DNA of 64,000 nucleotides from Eledone cirrhosa (GCA_964016885.1 OZ024751.1:44268001-44332000); one strand, 5' to 3'; positions 14,777 to 30,763 are shown, numbered from the stretch's first letter. Program-made: numbers and translations. Notes: a model not told the origin generated them from the sequence alone.

Positions 14777-14923
14777 TTTCCAGCATAGTTACGTCCCTTT
14801 ACGATCTGAGTTCAAATCCCGCCGAGGTTCACTTTGCCTTTCATCCTTACGGGGTCGATAAAATAAAGTACCAGTAATGCACTGGGTATTTGCTGGCCTT
14901 GTGCCTAAAGTAGAAACAATTAT
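14733..14923 (+). mobile_element. Full-length tRNA-derived SINE
   Basis: A-box-like TGGTAGTATCGG, B-box GTTCAAATCC, body ACTTTGCCTTTCATCCTTACGGGGTCGATAAAATAAAGTACCAG, AT-rich tail. Confidence 0.9.
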
Positions 14924-15639
14924 TTCTAAGACAGTAAGCAGTCATTTCATGATAATTTCGTTACTATGTCTAGCAAATAATTCAACCACTTAGACGTCTT
15001 TTATTTATTTATTTATTTATGTATTTATTTATTTATTTATTTATTTATTTATTATTTGTTTATCAAAATCTGATACGTCGATGTAAATTTAATGACACGG
15101 CTTAGATGTCAACTGAATATGGTCCAAGGGAGATTATTCTGCACTGAAATACACAATCAGTAACATTTGTAGTATATTTGTGTATGTATGTTCTTCGGGT
15201 TTTATAATTTTATACATGTTTACCTAGAGAGAGAGAGAGAGAGGGAGAGAGAGAGTGACAGAGAGGGGGGGGGGGGGGCAGAGGGAGAGAGAGAGTCGGT
15301 TTCTAACATAGATACAATCACTCTCTCAATGGAATTTACACAACATTAACTAGGCAGATATGCATGCATGTCTGCATGCATGTGTGTGTGTGTGTGTGTG
15401 TGTGTGCAGGTATGGATATAATTGTATGTGTGGATGTGTATGTTTTGAGTTGTATGTGTGTATGTACATATGCTTTGTATCTGTATATGTGTACATGCAG
15501 TTATTAGATGCAGAATTTTTAGAATGTTTTACATATTTTTACTGTTCCATTATGTATGTATGTATGTATGTATGTATGTATGTATGTATGTATGTATAGC
15601 ATTATTATTTAGATTCCTGAGACAAAATGTTTTTGCGGA

Positions 15640-15875
15640 AGGCAAGCAGTTACCCATGGGTATCGACCTCCCCCCTCCCCACCACCGATGTCGTCCAAGG
15701 CGAATACAGCTCGACACCAGAGACGGCGCAAATCATTTCTACAGCTTAGTAAACTCAAACAACATAAAATAAAGTATCTTGCTGAAGGTCATAACGCATC
15801 ACCTGGTTCAAGAATCGAACTCACAACCTCACGATTACAAAACCAACATACTAACTGCTGAACCAAGCGTCATCA
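15640..15875 (-). mobile_element. Diverged tRNA-derived SINE (CORE/Meta-like body)
   Basis: Minus strand reads TGGTTCAGCAGTT...GAGTTCGATTC...TGACCTTCAGCAAGATACTTT. Confidence 0.6.
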
Positions 15876-16824
15876 AGGGATATAACTCTGCAATAAATAT
15901 ATTATCTAAGGGACATAACTGATTTATTTATTTATATCCAAGAGCATGTTATAATCTAGAAGAAGAAGAAGAAGGAGGAGGAGGGGGAGGAGGAAGGGAC
16001 GAGGTGGTGAAGAGACATGTGTAAATAGCTGTTCTTGATTTGGGCGTCGGTATAAAGAGCATTACACAATTCTGCAGCACCTCTTGGAATATGTTTATGG
16101 AATTACTGAGTTCCAGTCCAGGATGTTGCAAACACTTCTATTTTTCGCCATAAATTTATAGGCTCGTTCTCCGCCTCCAAGCCTTGTCCTTTCGGCCATA
16201 AGCCCGCGTTTCGGGGCCTGACCGGCCGCTCCCTCCTTATACCGGTCTCTGTGGACACCTCTGGCGTAATTGGTTCCTTATCTGCTGATTTTCCCCATAT
16301 AGTTGGAAAGACGGCAACATTCTTGAGATGGGAGCCCAGTAAGGTGGAGTGGTTGATGCAGTGGCTGTCTCTAGCCACATTCTAGGGTAATACTTTTGCC
16401 ATTTTGTCGGGTGGCGCGGCTGAGGCACCCCTTAGACTGGGGTGTGGTGGCTGTCGTTTCCCTTCTCCCTTTCATTCGTTGCTTTTTTTCTCTTTCTTCT
16501 TTCCTGTTCTCTTTAATAATGTGTTTTATTTTATATAAACTGTTTTGTAAAATACAATGGAGTCTATTTGATGCTGAAGCTATATGTTTATCCAAAGTTA
16601 CTCATAGATTATCATCACATTGTATCATTGTCTTAAAGATATAGATTATATCTTCGATTTTGTTCCATAGTTAATGTATTTTAAAGCAAATTCCTCCAAC
16701 TGCATCAATATGTTAACGATCTCAATTATGTCTTCGATTTCGTTCCAGACGTTGAGGTTGTTTAGCGTGTAACACATAAACATGTTTCATTAACTTAAGT
16801 ATTTTGACAGGCACTCCTCTACAC

Positions 16825-17125
16825 GACCACCACCACCACCACAATCACCACCAACATCACCACAATCACCACAATAACCACCACCACCACCAACAACATC
16901 ACCACCACCAGTACCACCACCAGCACCACCAGCACCACCACCAGTACCACCACCAGCACCACCAGCACCACCACCACCACCACCAGCACTACCAGCACCA
17001 CCATCAACACCACCAGCACCACCAGCCCCCCCCCCCCCCAACACCACCACCACCACCACCACCACCGCCACCGCCACCACCACCACCACCACCACCACCA
17101 CCACCACCACCACCACCACCACCAA
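16825..17125. repeat. (CCA)n/(CACCAG) simple repeat
   Basis: Visible trinucleotide repeat. Confidence 0.95.
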
Positions 17126-17215
17126 GGACATCAGTAAAAACAATCAAGCTATAATGAAACATTGACATGTCGAGAGGACAGACATCAATTAGGTCACAGA
17201 TTCATCTCTCTCTCA

Positions 17216-17260
<45 letters not shown>

Positions 17261-17303
17261 ATATATGTGTGTGTGTATATATGTGTGTGTGTGTGTATAT
17301 ATA

Positions 17304-17362
<59 letters not shown>

Positions 17363-17506
17363 ACATACAAACACACACACATATATATATATATGTGTGT
17401 GTATATATGTATATATATATATATATATGTGTGTGTATATATGTATATATATATATATATGTGTGTGTGTATATATGTATATATATATATATATATGTAT
17501 GTATAC

Positions 17507-17568
<62 letters not shown>

Positions 17569-17657
17569 ACATATATATATATTTACATATATATATATGC
17601 ATATATGTATACACATATATATATGTAAATATATATATATATATATGGATGTATACA

Positions 17658-17691
<34 letters not shown>

Positions 17692-17785
17692 CATACATAT
17701 ATATATACATATATAGAAACTGCCATGTGTTCGTCATGCTTCGATGAGAGAACACAATAATATAATGAGAGGGTGATAGCTGCCT

Positions 17786-17822
<37 letters not shown>

Positions 17823-18036
17823 TCTCTCTCTCTCATTCACACTTTCTGGACTGCCTTCTCTCCTACTCTACCCCATCCACCAGATCACTTTACCATAAAT
17901 ATCATCATTAATATCATCACCATCACCATTCTCCTCCTACTACTTCTCTTCCCCTCTTCTCCTCCTGTGCAGCATCATCATCAACATCATCATCACGTCT
18001 ACCACTAAAGCCACCAATACCATCAACGCCATTAAA

Positions 18037-21000
18037 CCACCACATCCACCAGCAACTCCACCACATCCACCAGCAACTCCACCACATCCACCAGCAACCC
18101 CACCACATCCACCAGCAACTCCACCACAGCCACCAGCAACTCCACCACATCCACCAGCAACTCCACCACAGCCACCAGCAACTCCACCACATCCACCAGC
18201 AACTCCACCACATCCACCAGCAACTCCACCACATCCACCAGCAACTCCACCACAGCCACCAGCAACTCCACCACAGCCACCAGCAACTCCACCACATCCA
18301 CCAACAACTCCACCACAGCCACCAGCAACTCCACCACATCCACCAGCAACTCCACCACAGCCACCAGCAACTCCACCACATCCACCAGCAACTCCACCAC
18401 AGCCACCAGCAACCCCACCACATCCACCAGCAACTCCACCACAGCCACCAGCAACTCCACCACAGCCACCAGCAACTCCACCACAGCCACCAGCAACTCC
18501 ACCATAGCCACCAGCAACTCCACCACAGCCACCAGCAACTCCACCACAGCCACCAGCAACTCCACCACAGCCACCAGCAACTCCACCACATCCACCAACA
18601 ACTCCACCACAGCCACCAGCAACTCCACCACAGCCACCAGCAACTCCACCACAGCCACCAGCAACTCCACCACATCCACAAACAACTCCACCACAGCCAC
18701 CAGCAACCCCACCACAGCCACCAGCAACTCCAGCACAGCCACCAGCAACTCCACCACAGCCACCAGCAACTCCACCACATCCACCAGCAACCCCACCACA
18801 GCGACCAGCAACTCCAGCACAGCCACCAGCAACTCCACCACATCCACCAGCAACCCCACCACAGCCACCAGCAACTCCACCACAGCCACCAGCAACTCCA
18901 CCACATCCACCAGCAACCCCACCACAGCCACCAGCAACTCCAGCACAGCCACCAGCAACTCCACCAAATCCACCAGCAACCCCACCACAGCCACCAGCAA
19001 CTCCACCACAGCCACCAGCAACTCCACCACATCCACCAGCAACTCCACCACAGCCACCAGCAACTCCAGCACAGCCACCAGCAACTCCACCACAGCCACC
19101 AGCAACTCCACCACAGCCACCAGCAACTCCAGCACAGCCACCAGCAACTCCACCACAGCCACCAGCAACTCCAGCACATCCACCAGCAACCCCACCACAG
19201 CCACCAGCAACTCCACCACAGCCACCAGCAACTCCACCACAGCCACCAGCAACTCCACCACAGCCACCAGCAACTCCAGCACAGCCACCAGCAACTCCAC
19301 CACAGCCACCAGCAACTCCACCACATCCACCAGCAACCCCACCACAGCCACCAGCAACTCCAGCACAGCCACCAGCAACTCCACCACAGCCACCAGCAAC
19401 TCCACCACAGCCACCAGCAACTCCACCACAGCCACCAGCAACTCCAGCACAGCCACCAGCAACTCCACCACATCCACCAGCAACTCCAGCACGTCCACCA
19501 GCAACTCCACCACAGCCACCAGCAACTCCACCACAGCCACCAGCAACTCCAGCACAGCCACCAGCAACTCCACCACAGCCACCAGCAACTCCACCACAGC
19601 CACCAGCAACTCCAGCACAGCCACCAGCAACTCCACCACAGCCACCAGCAACTCCACCACATCCACCAGCAACTCCACCACACCCACCAGCAACTCCACC
19701 ACATCCACCAGCAACCCCACCACAGCCACCAGTAACTCCACCACAGCCACCAGAAACTCCACCACATCCACCAGCAACTCCACCACATCCACCAGCAACT
19801 CCACCACAGCCACTAGCAACTCCACCACATCCACCAGCAACTCCACCACATCCACCAGCAACTCCACCACAGCCACCAGCAACTCCAGCACAGCCACCAG
19901 CAACTCCACCACATCCACCAGCAACCCCATCACAGCCACCAGCAACTCCACCACAGCCACCAGCAACTCCACCACATACACCAGCAACCCCACCACAGCC
20001 ACCAGCAACTCCAGCACAGCCACCAGCAACTCCACCAAATCCACCAGCAACCCCACCACAGCCACCAGCAACTCCACCACAGCCACCAGCAACTCCACCA
20101 CATCCACCAGCAACCCCACCACAGCCACCAGCAACTCCAGCACAGCCACCAGCAACTCCACCACAGCCACCAGCAACTCCAGCACAGCCACCAGCAACTC
20201 CACCACAGCCACCAGCAACTCCACCACAGCCACCAGCAACTCCAGCACAGCCACCAGCAACTCCACCACAGCCACCAGCAACTCCACCACATCCACCAGC
20301 AACCCCACCACAGCCACCAGCAACTCCAGCACAGCCACCAGCAACTCCACCACAGCCACCAGCAACTCCACCACAGCCACCAGCAACTCCACCACAGCCA
20401 CCAGCAACTCCAGCACAGCCACCAGCAACTCCACCACATCCACCAGCAACTCCAGCACGTCCACCAGCAACTCCACCACAGCCACCAGCAACTCCACCAC
20501 AGCCACCAGCAACTCCAGCACAGCCACCAGCAACTCCACCACAGTCACCAGCAACTCCACAACAGCCACCAGCAACTCCAGCACAGCCACCAGCAACTCC
20601 ACCACAGCCACCAGCAACTCCACCACATCCACCAGCAACTCCACCACACCCACCAGCAACTCCACCACAGCCACCAGCAACTCCACCACAGCCACCAGCA
20701 ACTCCAGCACAGCCACCAGCAACTCCACTACAGCCACCAGCAACTCCACTACAAACACCAGCAACTCCACCACAGCCACCAGCAACTCCACCACATCCAC
20801 CAGCAACTCAACCACAGCCACCAGCAACTCCACCACAGTCACCATCAACTCCACCACATCCACCAGCAACTCCACCACAGCCACCAGCAACTCCAGCACA
20901 GCCACCAGCAACTCCAGCACATCTACCAGCAACTCCACCACAGCCACCAGCAACTCCACCACAGCCACCAGCAACTCCACCACAGCCACCAGCAACTCCA

Positions 21001-24000
21001 CCACAGCCACCAGCAACTCCACCACAGCCACCAGCAACTCCACCACATCCACCAGCAACTCCACTACAGCCACCAGCAACTCCACTACAAACACCAGCAA
21101 CTCCACCACAGCCACCAGCAACTCCACCACATCCACCAGCAACGCCACCACATCCACCAGCAACTCCACCACAGCCACCAGCAACTCCACCACAGCCACC
21201 AGCAACTCCACCACAGCCACCAGCAACTCCACCACAGCCACCAGCAACTCCACCACATCCACCAGCAACTCCACTACAGCCACCAGCAACTCCACTACAA
21301 ACACCAGCAACTCCACCACAGCCACCAGCAACTCCACCACATCCACCAGCAACTCCACCACATCCACCAGCAACTCCACCACAGCCACCAGCAACTCCAC
21401 CACATCCACCAGCAACTCCACCACAGCCACCAGCAACTCCACCACAGCCACCAGCAACTCCACCACATCCACCAGCAACTCCACCACATCCACCAGCAAC
21501 TCCACCACATCCACCAGCAACTCCACCACAGCCACCAGTAACTCCACTACATCCACCAGCAACCCCACCACAGCCACCAGCAACTCCACTACAGCCACCA
21601 GCAACTCCACCACATCCACCAGCAACTCCACCACATCCACCAGCAACTCCACCACAGCCACCAGCAACTCCACCACAGCCACCAGCAACTCCACCACAGC
21701 CACCAGCAACTCCACCACAGCCACCAGCAACTCCACCACAGCCACCAGCAACTCCACCACAGCCACCAGCAACTCCACCACATCCACCAGCAACTCCACC
21801 ACATCCACCAGCAACTCCACCACATCCACCAGCACCTCCACCACACCCACCAGAAACTCCACCACATCCACCAGCGACTCCACCACATCCACCAGCAACT
21901 CCACCACATCCACCAGCACCTCCACCACACCCACCAGAAACTCCACCACATCCACCAGCAACTCCACCACATCCACCAGCAATCCACCACAGCCACCAGC
22001 AACTCCACCACAGCCACCAGCAACTCCAGCACAGCCACCAGCAACTCCACCACAGCCACCAGCAACTCCACCACAGCCACCAGCAACTCCACCACAGCCA
22101 CCAGCAACTCCACCACAGCCACCAGCAACTCCACCACAGCCACCAGCAACTCCACCACAGCCACCAGCAACTCCACCACAGCCACCAGCAACTCCACCAC
22201 AGCCACCAGCAACTCCACCACAGCCACCAGCAACTCCACCACAGCCACCAGCAACTCCACCACAGCCACCAGCAACTCCACCACAGCCACCAGCAACTCC
22301 ACCACAGCCACCAGCAACTCCACCACATCCACCAGCAACTCCACCACAGCCACCAGTAACTCCACCACAGCCACCAGCAACCCCACCACAGCCACCAGCA
22401 ACTCCACCACAGCCACCAGCACCTCCACCACACCCACCAGAAACTCCACCACATCCACCAGCGACTCCACCACATCCACCAGCAACTCCACCACATCCAC
22501 CAGCACCTCCACCACACCCACCAGAAACTCCACCACATCCACCAGCAACTCCACCACATCCACCAGCAACTCCACCACAGCCACCAGCAACTCCACCACA
22601 GCCACCAGCAACTCCAGCACAGCCACCAGCAACTCCACCACAGCCACCAGCAACTCCACCACAGCCACCAGCAACTCCACCACAGCCACCAGCAACTCCA
22701 CCACAGCCACCAGCAACTCCACCACAGCCACCAGCAACTCCACCACATCCACCAGCAACTCCACCACAGCCACCAGCAACTCCACCACAGCCACCAGCAA
22801 CTCCAGCACAGCCACCAGCAACTCCACCACAGCCACCAGCAACTCCACCACAGCCACCAGCAACTCCACCACAGCCACCAGCAACTCCACCACAGCCACC
22901 AGCAACTCCACCACAGCCACCAGCAACTCCACCACAGCCACCAGCAACTCCACCACAGCCACCAGCAACTCCACCACAGCCACCAGCGACTCCACCACAT
23001 CCACCAGCAACTCCACCACAGCCACCAGCAACTCCACCACGCCCACCAGCAACTCCACCACACCCACCAGCAACTCCACCACAGCCACCAGCAACTCCAC
23101 CACATCCACCAGCAACTCCACCACAGCCACCAGCGACTCCACCACATCCACCAGCAACTCCACCACAGCCACCAGCAACTCCACCACACCCACCAGCAAC
23201 TCCACCACACCCACCAGCAACTCCACCACAGCCACCAGCAACTCCACCACATCCACCAGCAACTCCACCACAGCCACCAGCGACTCCACCACATCCACCA
23301 GCAACTCCACCACAGCCACCAGCGACTCCACCACATCCACCAGCAACTCCACCACAGCCACCAGCAACTCCACCACACCCACCAGCAACTCCACCACACC
23401 CACCAGCAACTCCACCACAGCCACCAGCAACTCCACCACATCCACCAGCAACTCCACCACAGCCACCAGCGACTCCACCACACCCACCAGCAACTCCACC
23501 ACACCCACCAGCAACTCCACCACAGCCACCATCAACTCCAGCACAGCCACCAGCAACTCCAACACAGCCACCAGCAACTCCACCACAGCCACCAGCAACC
23601 CCACCACAACCACCAGCAACTCCACCACATCCACCAGCAACTCCACCACAGCCACCAGCGACTCCACCACACCCACCAGCAACTCCACCACACCCACCAG
23701 CAACTCCACCACAGCCACCATCAACTCCAGCACAGCCACCAGCAACTCCACCACAGCCACCAGCAACTCCACCACAGCCACCAGCAACCCCACCACAACC
23801 ACCAGCAACTCCAGCACATCCACCAGCACCTCCACCACATCCACCAGCAACTCCACCACAGCCACCAGCAACTCCACCACAGCCACCAGCAACTCCACCA
23901 CATCCACCAGCAACTCCACCACAGCCACCAGCGACTCCACCACACCCACCAGCAACTCCACCACACCCACCAGCAACTCCACCACAGCCACCATCAACTC

Positions 24001-27000
24001 CAGCACAGCCACCAGCAACTCCACCACAGCCACCAGCAACTCCACCACAGCCACCAGCAACCCCACCACAACCACCAGCAACTCCAGCACATCCACCAGC
24101 ACCTCCACCACATCCACCAGCAACTCCACCACATCCACCAGTAACTCCACTACAGCCACCAGCAACTCCACCACATCCACCAGCAACTCCACCACAGCCA
24201 CCAGCAACTCCACCACAGCCACCATCAACTCCAGCACATCCACCAGCACCTCCACCACATCCACCAGCAACTCCACCACATCCACCAGCAACTCCACCAC
24301 ATCCACCAGCAACTCCACCACAGCCACCAGCAACTCCACCACAGCCACCATCAACTCCAGCACAGCCACCAGCAACTCCACCACAACCACCAGCAACTCC
24401 ACCACATCCACCAGCACCTCCACCACATCCACCAGCAACTCCACCACATCCACCAGTAACTCCACTACAGCCACCAGCAACTCCACCACATCCACCAGCA
24501 ACTCCACCACAGCCACCAGCAACTCCACCACAGCCACCATCAACTCCAGCACATCCACCAGCACCTCCACCACATCCACCAGCAAATCCACCACATCCAC
24601 CAGCAACTCCACCACATCCACCAGCAACTCCAGCACAGCCACCAGCAACTCCACCACAGCCACCAGTAACTCCACTACAGCCACCAGCAACTCCACCACA
24701 ACCACCAGCAACTCCACCACATCCACCAGCAACTCCACCACATCCACCAGCAACTCCACCACATCCACCAGCAACTCCACCACAGCCACCAGCAACTCCA
24801 CCACACCCACCAGCAACTCCACCACATCCACCAGCAACTCCACCACACCCACCAGCAACCCCACCACAGCCACCAGTAACTCCACCACACTCACCAGCAA
24901 CTCCACCACATCCACCAGCAACTCCACCACATCCACCAGCAACTCCACCACACCCACCAGCAACCCCACCACAGCCACCAGCAACTCCACCACATCCACC
25001 AGCAACTCCACCACAGCGACCAGCAACTCCACCACAGCCACCAGTAACTCCACCACACCCACCAGCAACCCCACCACAGCCACCAGCAACTCCACCACAT
25101 CCACCAGCAACTCCACCACAGCCACCAGCAACTCCACCACATCCACCAGCAACTCCACCACAGCCACCAGTAACTCCACCACAGCCACCAGTAACTCCAC
25201 CACATCCACCAGCAACTCCACCACATCCACCAGCACCTCCACCACAGCCACCAGCAACTCCACCAGATCCACCAGCAACTCCACCACAGCCACCAGCAAC
25301 TCCACCACAGCCACCAGCAACTCCACCACATCCACCAGCAACTCCACCACAGCCACCAGCAACTCCACCACAGCCACCAGCAACTCCACCACAGCCACCA
25401 GTAACTCCACCACAGCCACCAGCAACTCCACCACAGCCACCAGAAACTCCACCACATCCACCAGCAACTTCAGCACAGCCACCAGCAACCCCACCACAGC
25501 CACTAGCAACTCCACCACATCCACCAGCAACTCCACCACAGCCACCAGCAACTCCTCCACATCCACCAGCAACTCCACCACAGCCACCAGTAACTCTACC
25601 ACAGCCACCAGCAACTCCACCACATCCACCAGCAACTCCACCACAGCCACCAGCGACTCCACCACAGCCACCAGCGACTCCACCACATCCACCAGTAACT
25701 GCACCACAGCCACCAGCAACTCCACCACAGCCACCAGCAACTCCACCACAGCCACCAGCAACTCCACCACAGCCACCAGCAACTCCACCACAGCCACCAG
25801 CAACTCCACCACAGCCACCAGCGACTCCACCACATCCACCAGTAACTCCACCACAGCCACCAGCAACTCCACCACAGCCACCAGCAACTCCACCACACCC
25901 ACCAGCAACTCCACCACAGCGACCAGCAACTCCACCACAGCCACCAGCAACTCCACCACACCCACCAGCAACTCCACCACAGCCACCAGCAACTCCACCA
26001 CAGCCACCAGCAACTCCACCACACCCACCAGCAACTCCACCACAGCCACCAGCAACTCCACCAAAGCCACCAGCAACTCCACCAAAGCCACCAGCAACTC
26101 CACCACAGCCACCAGTAACTCCACCACAGCCACCAGTAACTCCACCACAGCCACCAGCAACTCCACCACACCCACCAGCAACTCCACCACAGCGACCAGC
26201 AACTCCACCACAGCCACCAGCAACTCCACCACACCCACCAGCAACTCCACCACAGCCACCAGCAACTCCACCAAAGCCACCAGCAACTCCACCACAGCCA
26301 CCAGCAACTCCACCACAGCCACCAGCAACTCCACCACATCCACCAGCAACTCCACCACAGCCACCAGCAACTCCACCACAGCCACCAGCAACTCCAGCAC
26401 AGCCACCAGCAACTCCACCACAGCCACCAGCAACTCCACCACAGCGACCAGCAACTCCACCACAGCCACCAGCAACTCCACCACAGCCACCAGCAACTCC
26501 ACTACATCTACCAGCAACTCCACCACATCCACCAGCAACTCCACCACATCCACCAGCAACTCCACCACAGCCACCAGCAACTCCACCACAGCCACCAGCA
26601 ACTCCACCACAGCCACCAGCAACTCCACTACATCTACCAGCAACTCCACCACATCCACCAGCAACTCCACCACATCCACCAGCAACTCCACCACAGCCAC
26701 CAGCAACTCCACCACAGCCACCAGCAACTCCACCACAGCCACCAGCAACTCCACCACATCCACCAGCAATCCACCACAGCCACCAGCAACTCCACCACAG
26801 CCACCAGCAACTCCACCACATCCACCAGCAACTCCACCACAGCCACCAGTAACTCCACCACAGCCACCAGCAACTCCACCACATCCACCAGCAACTCCAC
26901 CACATCCACCAGCACCTCCACCACAGCCACCAGCAACTCCACCAGATCCACCAGCAACTCCACCACAGCCACCAGCAACTCCACCACAGCCACCAGCAAC

Positions 27001-28153
27001 TCCACCACATCCACCAGCAACTCCACCACAGCCACCAGCAACTCCACCACAGCCACCAGCAACTCCACCACAGCCACCAGTAACTCCACCACAGCCACCA
27101 GCAACTCCACCACAGCCACCAGAAACTCCACCACATCCACCAGCAACTTCAGCACAGCCACCAGCAACCCCACCACAGCCACTAGCAACTCCACCACATC
27201 CACCAGCAACTCCACCACAGCCACCAGCAACTCCTCCACATCCACCAGCAACTCCACCACAGCCACCAGTAACTCCACCACAGCCACCAGCAACTCCACC
27301 ACATCCACCAGCAACTCCACCACAGCCACCAGCGACTCCACCACAGCCACCAGCGACTCCACCACATCCACCAGTAACTGCACCACAGCCACCAGCAACT
27401 CCACCACAGCCACCAGCAACTCCACCACAGCCACCAGCAACTCCACCACAGCCACCAGCAACTCCACCACAGCCACCAGCAACTCCACCACAGCCACCAG
27501 CGACTCCACCACATCCACCAGTAACTCCACCACAGCCACCAGCAACTCCACCACAGCCACCAGCAACTCCACCACACCCACCAGCAACTCCACCACAGCG
27601 ACCAGCAACTCCACCACAGCCACCAGCAACTCCACCACACCCACCAGCAACTCCACCACAGCCACCAGCAACTCCACCACAGCCACCAGCAACTCCACCA
27701 CACCCACCAGCAACTCCACCACAGCCACCAGCAACTCCACCAAAGCCACCAGCAACTCCACCAAAGCCACCAGCAACTCCACCACAGCCACCAGTAACTC
27801 CACCACAGCCACCAGCAACTCCACCACAGCCACCAGCAACTCCACCACAGCCACCAGCAACTCCACTACATCTACCAGCAACTCCACCACATCCACCAGC
27901 AACTCCACCACATCCACCAGCAACTCCACCACAGCCACCAGCAACTCCACCACAGCCACCAGCAACTCCACCACAGCCACCAGCAACTCCACCACATCCA
28001 CCAGCAATCCACCACAGCCACCAGCAACTCCACCACAGCCACCAGCAACTCCACCACAGCCACCAGCAACTCCACCACAACCACCAGCAACTCCACCACA
28101 GCCACCAGCAACTCCACCACAACCACCAGCAACCCCACCACAGCCACCAGCAA
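18037..28153. repeat. About 10.1-kb 21-bp minisatellite (~480 units, CCACCAGCAACTCCACCACA[G/T])
   Basis: Regular 21-bp period with recurrent variant units and three 20-bp units (~21980, ~26768, ~28006). Confidence 0.97.
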
Positions 28154-28324
28154 CGATGTCTTGAAGCTAAAAACCTTATGGCCCTGAATTAATTTCAAAT
28201 TCCATTTTCATCTTCGATTTCGGAGGAAAGAGACCTTTTTTACTAGATATTTACTCCAGAGTAACAAGATTCAGGGGTTTAGCCTTAATATAATGAATAT
28301 AACAATATGACCCTCCCCAAGTAT

Positions 28325-28507
<183 letters not shown>

Positions 28508-28759
28508 CAGATATATATATACATATACATATATATATATATATTTATTGATACATGTATGTGTATATAGCTAGATATGTACATAATAAACACCCTAGAG
28601 AGTTGTGAATACAATCTGTCTAGACAAGCATCATCATCAGCTAGGGTAACAGCAGCAACAATAACAACAATCACAACAACATAACAAATACACTAAACTC
28701 AACACAATATCAATATTAATATCAACACTACAAACAACAACAACAACAACAACAACACT

Positions 28760-30210
28760 GCCTCCGCCACCACCACCAGCAACAACACCATTAACACTAG
28801 CACCACCACCACCACCACCACTACCACCACCACCACCACCACCTCCACAAGAATAACAACAGCAACACCTCCGCCACCACCACCACCACCACCACCACCA
28901 CCACCACCACCACCACCACCACCACCACCACCACCTCCACCACCTCCACCTCCACCACCACCGCCACTGCCACCACAATGCCACCACCACCACCACTGCC
29001 ACCACTGCCACCACCACCACCACCACCACCACCACCACCACCACCACCTCCACCACCACCACCACCACCACCATTACCACCACCACCACCACAAACAGCA
29101 CCACCTCCACCACCTCCACCTCCACCACCACCGCCACTGCCACCACCACCACCACTGCCACCACCACCACCACCACCACCACCACCACCACCACCACCAC
29201 CACCACCACCACCACCACCACCACCACCTCCACCACCACCACCACCACCACCATTACCACCACCACCACCACAAACAGCACCACCTCCACCACCTCCACC
29301 TCCACCACCACCGCCACTGCCACCACCACCACCACTGCCACCACCACCACCACCACCACCACCACCACCACCACCACCACCACCACTACCACCACCACCA
29401 CCACCACCACCACCTCCACCACCACCACCACCACCACCATTACCACCACCACCACCACAAACAGCACCACCTCCACCACCTCCACCTCCACCACCACCGC
29501 CACTGCCACCACCACCACCACTGCCACCACCACCACCACCACCACCATCACCACCACCACCACCACCACCACCACCACCACTACCACCACCACCACCACC
29601 ACCACCACCACCACCACCACCACCACCACCACCACCACCATTACCGCCGCCACCACCACCACCACCATTACCACCACCACCACCACCACTGCCACTACCA
29701 CCACTACCACCACCACCACCACCACCACCACCACCACCACCACCACCACCACCACCACCACCACCACCACCACCACCACCACCACCACCACCACTGCCAC
29801 TACCACCACCACCACCACCACCACCACCACCACCACCACCACCACCACCACCAACACCACCACCACCACCACTGCCACTACCACCACCACCACCACCACC
29901 ACCACCACCACCACCACCACCACCACCACCACCACCACCACCACTACCACCACCACTACCACCACCACCACCACCACCACCACCACCACCACCACTACCA
30001 CCACCACCACCACCACCACCACTACCACCACCACTACCACCACCACCACCACCACCACCACCACCACCACCACCACCACCACCACCACCACCACCACCAC
30101 CACCACTACCACCACCACCACCACCACCACCACTACCACCACCACTACCACCACCACCACCACCACCACCACCACCACCACCACCACCACCACCACCACC
30201 ACCACCACCA
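28760..30210. repeat. (CCA)n expansion with a ~180-bp higher-order repeat
   Basis: CCATTACCACC...ACAAACAGCACCACCTCC recurs at ~29071, ~29251 and ~29437. Confidence 0.95.
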
Positions 30211-30351
30211 GAACAACAACAGGTCTCTATTAGATGAAACAGTCAGACTCTATTACATCACTTGGTATATACACAGCTTTATCAATGCTGTGTATACAAC
30301 CCCCCCTCTCTCTTTCTCTCTCTTTAGATACATTCATACATATATACATAT

Positions 30352-30423
<72 letters not shown>

Positions 30424-30530
30424 GTAATATGTGGTGCATAAATTATATATGTAATATGATGTGGAAGCATGTTATAAATATGCGTATATATAAGCTTATA
30501 TATTGTAAACATACACTCACAATTATATAC

Positions 30531-30605
<75 letters not shown>

Positions 30606-30694
30606 CATATATACATATAGATATACATATATATATATACACATATATATATACATACATATATATACATATATATTTATATATATATATATAT

Positions 30695-30729
<35 letters not shown>

Positions 30730-30730
30730 C

Positions 30731-30763
<33 letters not shown>

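Noticed and set aside
13509-14877. 425-aa and 448-aa repeat ORFs on both strands
   Set aside because: These are translations of the 45-bp SINE-head array, and the sequence continues into a non-coding SINE.
16000-16560. GC-richer island with short ORFs
   Set aside because: No recognisable motif; probably an old transposon remnant, but the family cannot be supported.
18032-28122. Giant minus-strand ORFs (3034 aa, 2177 aa, 898 aa: GGCGGVA, VVELLVA, WWSCWWL)
   Set aside because: All three frames are open only because the 21-bp unit lacks stops. There is no non-repetitive domain, and the frames swap at 1-bp deletions.
28637-30237. Polyproline (formin/extensin-like) and polyvaline ORFs
   Set aside because: This is a (CCA)n expansion with no flanking domain or supported splice structure.
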